A stretch of 64,000 nucleotides of DNA from Leucoraja erinacea (Eukaryota): positions 54,932,001 to 54,996,000 of the forward strand of contig NC_073386.1 of assembly GCF_028641065.1 (NCBI RefSeq). The letters are read 5' to 3'. Below the pieces are notes generated by a model. It saw nothing but the letters and a program-made list of their open reading frames with translations, ran no database searches and was not told the DNA's origin. Of the stretch, positions 62,896 through 64,000 are shown one piece after another (positions within the stretch are counted from its first letter, which is position 1; every line of letters starts with the position of its first letter). Position numbers and translations under genes: made by a program.

Positions 62896-63341
62896 TCACC
62901 CAATCTTAGGCAATTAGTAAATATTTCAGCAATAACAAGGTCTTTTCTTAGAGTCCAAGGGGGCAATCACAGGAAGAAAGAGCTGGAGTGACTGAATAAT
63001 CTGTCTTTTGAATTGACCATTTATGCTTGACTGACTCCTCTTCCCGTAAAACCCTATAATGCCATATAGTTTACAATAATTTCTTCACCACAGATCCCAG
63101 CTGAACATCAGCGTGTGCTTTTTATACATAGCAATTATTTTTCCATCAATTATTAACTTTGCAGTCAAGAGGTGAAGCATCATGGAGGTTTGCGGGATAA
63201 AGCCACCAAGAAGTGGGATTTATTTTTGGTAGTTTGAACTAATATGCTGCTCTTACTCGGACTGAATTACATGGTATTTCTCAAAAGCAGATTCAGTACC
63301 TCCAGTGTTTGCATGTCCTTTGACCAATGTCATTACCATGC

Positions 63342-63588
63342 CGAAGATAGACACAAAATGCTGTTGTAACTCAGCGGGACAGGCAGCATCTCTGAAGATA
63401 AGGAATGGGTGGCATTTTCGGGCTGAGACCATTCTTCAGACCAATGAACCTTCTTCAGACCCTTCCTCAGTCTGAAGAAGGGTCTTGACCTAAAACGTCA
63501 CCCATTCCTTCTCTCCAGAGATGCTGCCTGACCCGCAACATTATGCGTCTATTTTGGGTGTAAACCAGCATCTGCAGTTCCTGCCCAC
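63342..63588. mobile_element. Fold-back Penelope-derived unit with 12-bp TSD
   Basis: tcattaccatgc at 63330-63341 and 63589-63600. Confidence 0.78.
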
Positions 63589-63714
63589 TCATTACCATGC
63601 TCTCACCCCATCAGTATCCATTACTTCCTCTTTCAGCACATTCCCTAATGTTACCACAAGTGTGTTTCACATCTATTTTTCCTGTGAGACTTACTGTAAG
63701 CTTAAGCACATTAT

Positions 63715-64000
63715 CCTAAGGTGGATAACGCCCGGTTACGGTCCCAGCCCATCCCCACGTCCCTCGGTGTGAAGCTCGACAGAACGTTGTCATTCAAACA
63801 ACACCTGGAAGGTGCCAAGGCAAAGGCAAGCGCCCGTGCCGCACTGATACGCCGCCTAGCCGGCACCACGTGGGGAGCCACGGCATAGACCCTGCGCATG
63901 TCCACAGTGGCCCTGGTGGTCTCAACCGCCAAGTGCTGATGCCCTAGCCCTCACGCCAAGAAGCCGGATGCTGCCCTCAACAGCGCCCTGCAGACTTTCT
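63715..64000 (+). mobile_element. I-group (Ingi/Vingi-like) LINE fragment
   Basis: PTSLGVKLDRTLSFKQHLEGAKAKASARAALIRRLAGTTWGATA*TLRMSTVALV; continues past the window. Confidence 0.75.

Noticed and set aside
50030-64000. First coding exon and promoter of the AKR gene
   Set aside because: Candidate donors (e.g. ~54325, ~56585) had the wrong phase, stops or no AKR similarity; probably lies beyond the window, though I may have missed it by eye.

Overview
Eukaryotic, repeat-dense genomic DNA, most likely a cartilaginous fish (skate/ray/shark), inferred from HE1/V-SINE-type SINEs and abundant CR1 LINEs. The only host gene I can support is a minus-strand aldo-keto reductase (ZK1290.5/zgc:110366-like). 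Three phase-compatible internal exons are visible (49781-50029, 38870-38971, 3897-3988) and carry the Asp/Tyr/Lys/His catalytic tetrad; the first and last exons were not found in the window. The introns (~10.8 kb and ~34.9 kb) are filled with transposons: CR1, Rex1/Babar, RTE and Ingi/Vingi-like LINE fragments, Tc1, Tigger-like, Harbinger-like and hAT-like DNA elements, and a complete DIRS1-type element with intact termini and internal complementary region. More than 15 short Penelope-derived units are also present; they carry a minimal hammerhead-ribozyme core, often form fold-backs, and several have their own 8-16 bp target-site duplications. The block at ~15.4-22 kb looks like unpolished long-read sequence, not biology. 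Nearly all ORFs in the supplied track are transposon remnants or noise. Repeat boundaries are approximate unless TIRs/TSDs are quoted.
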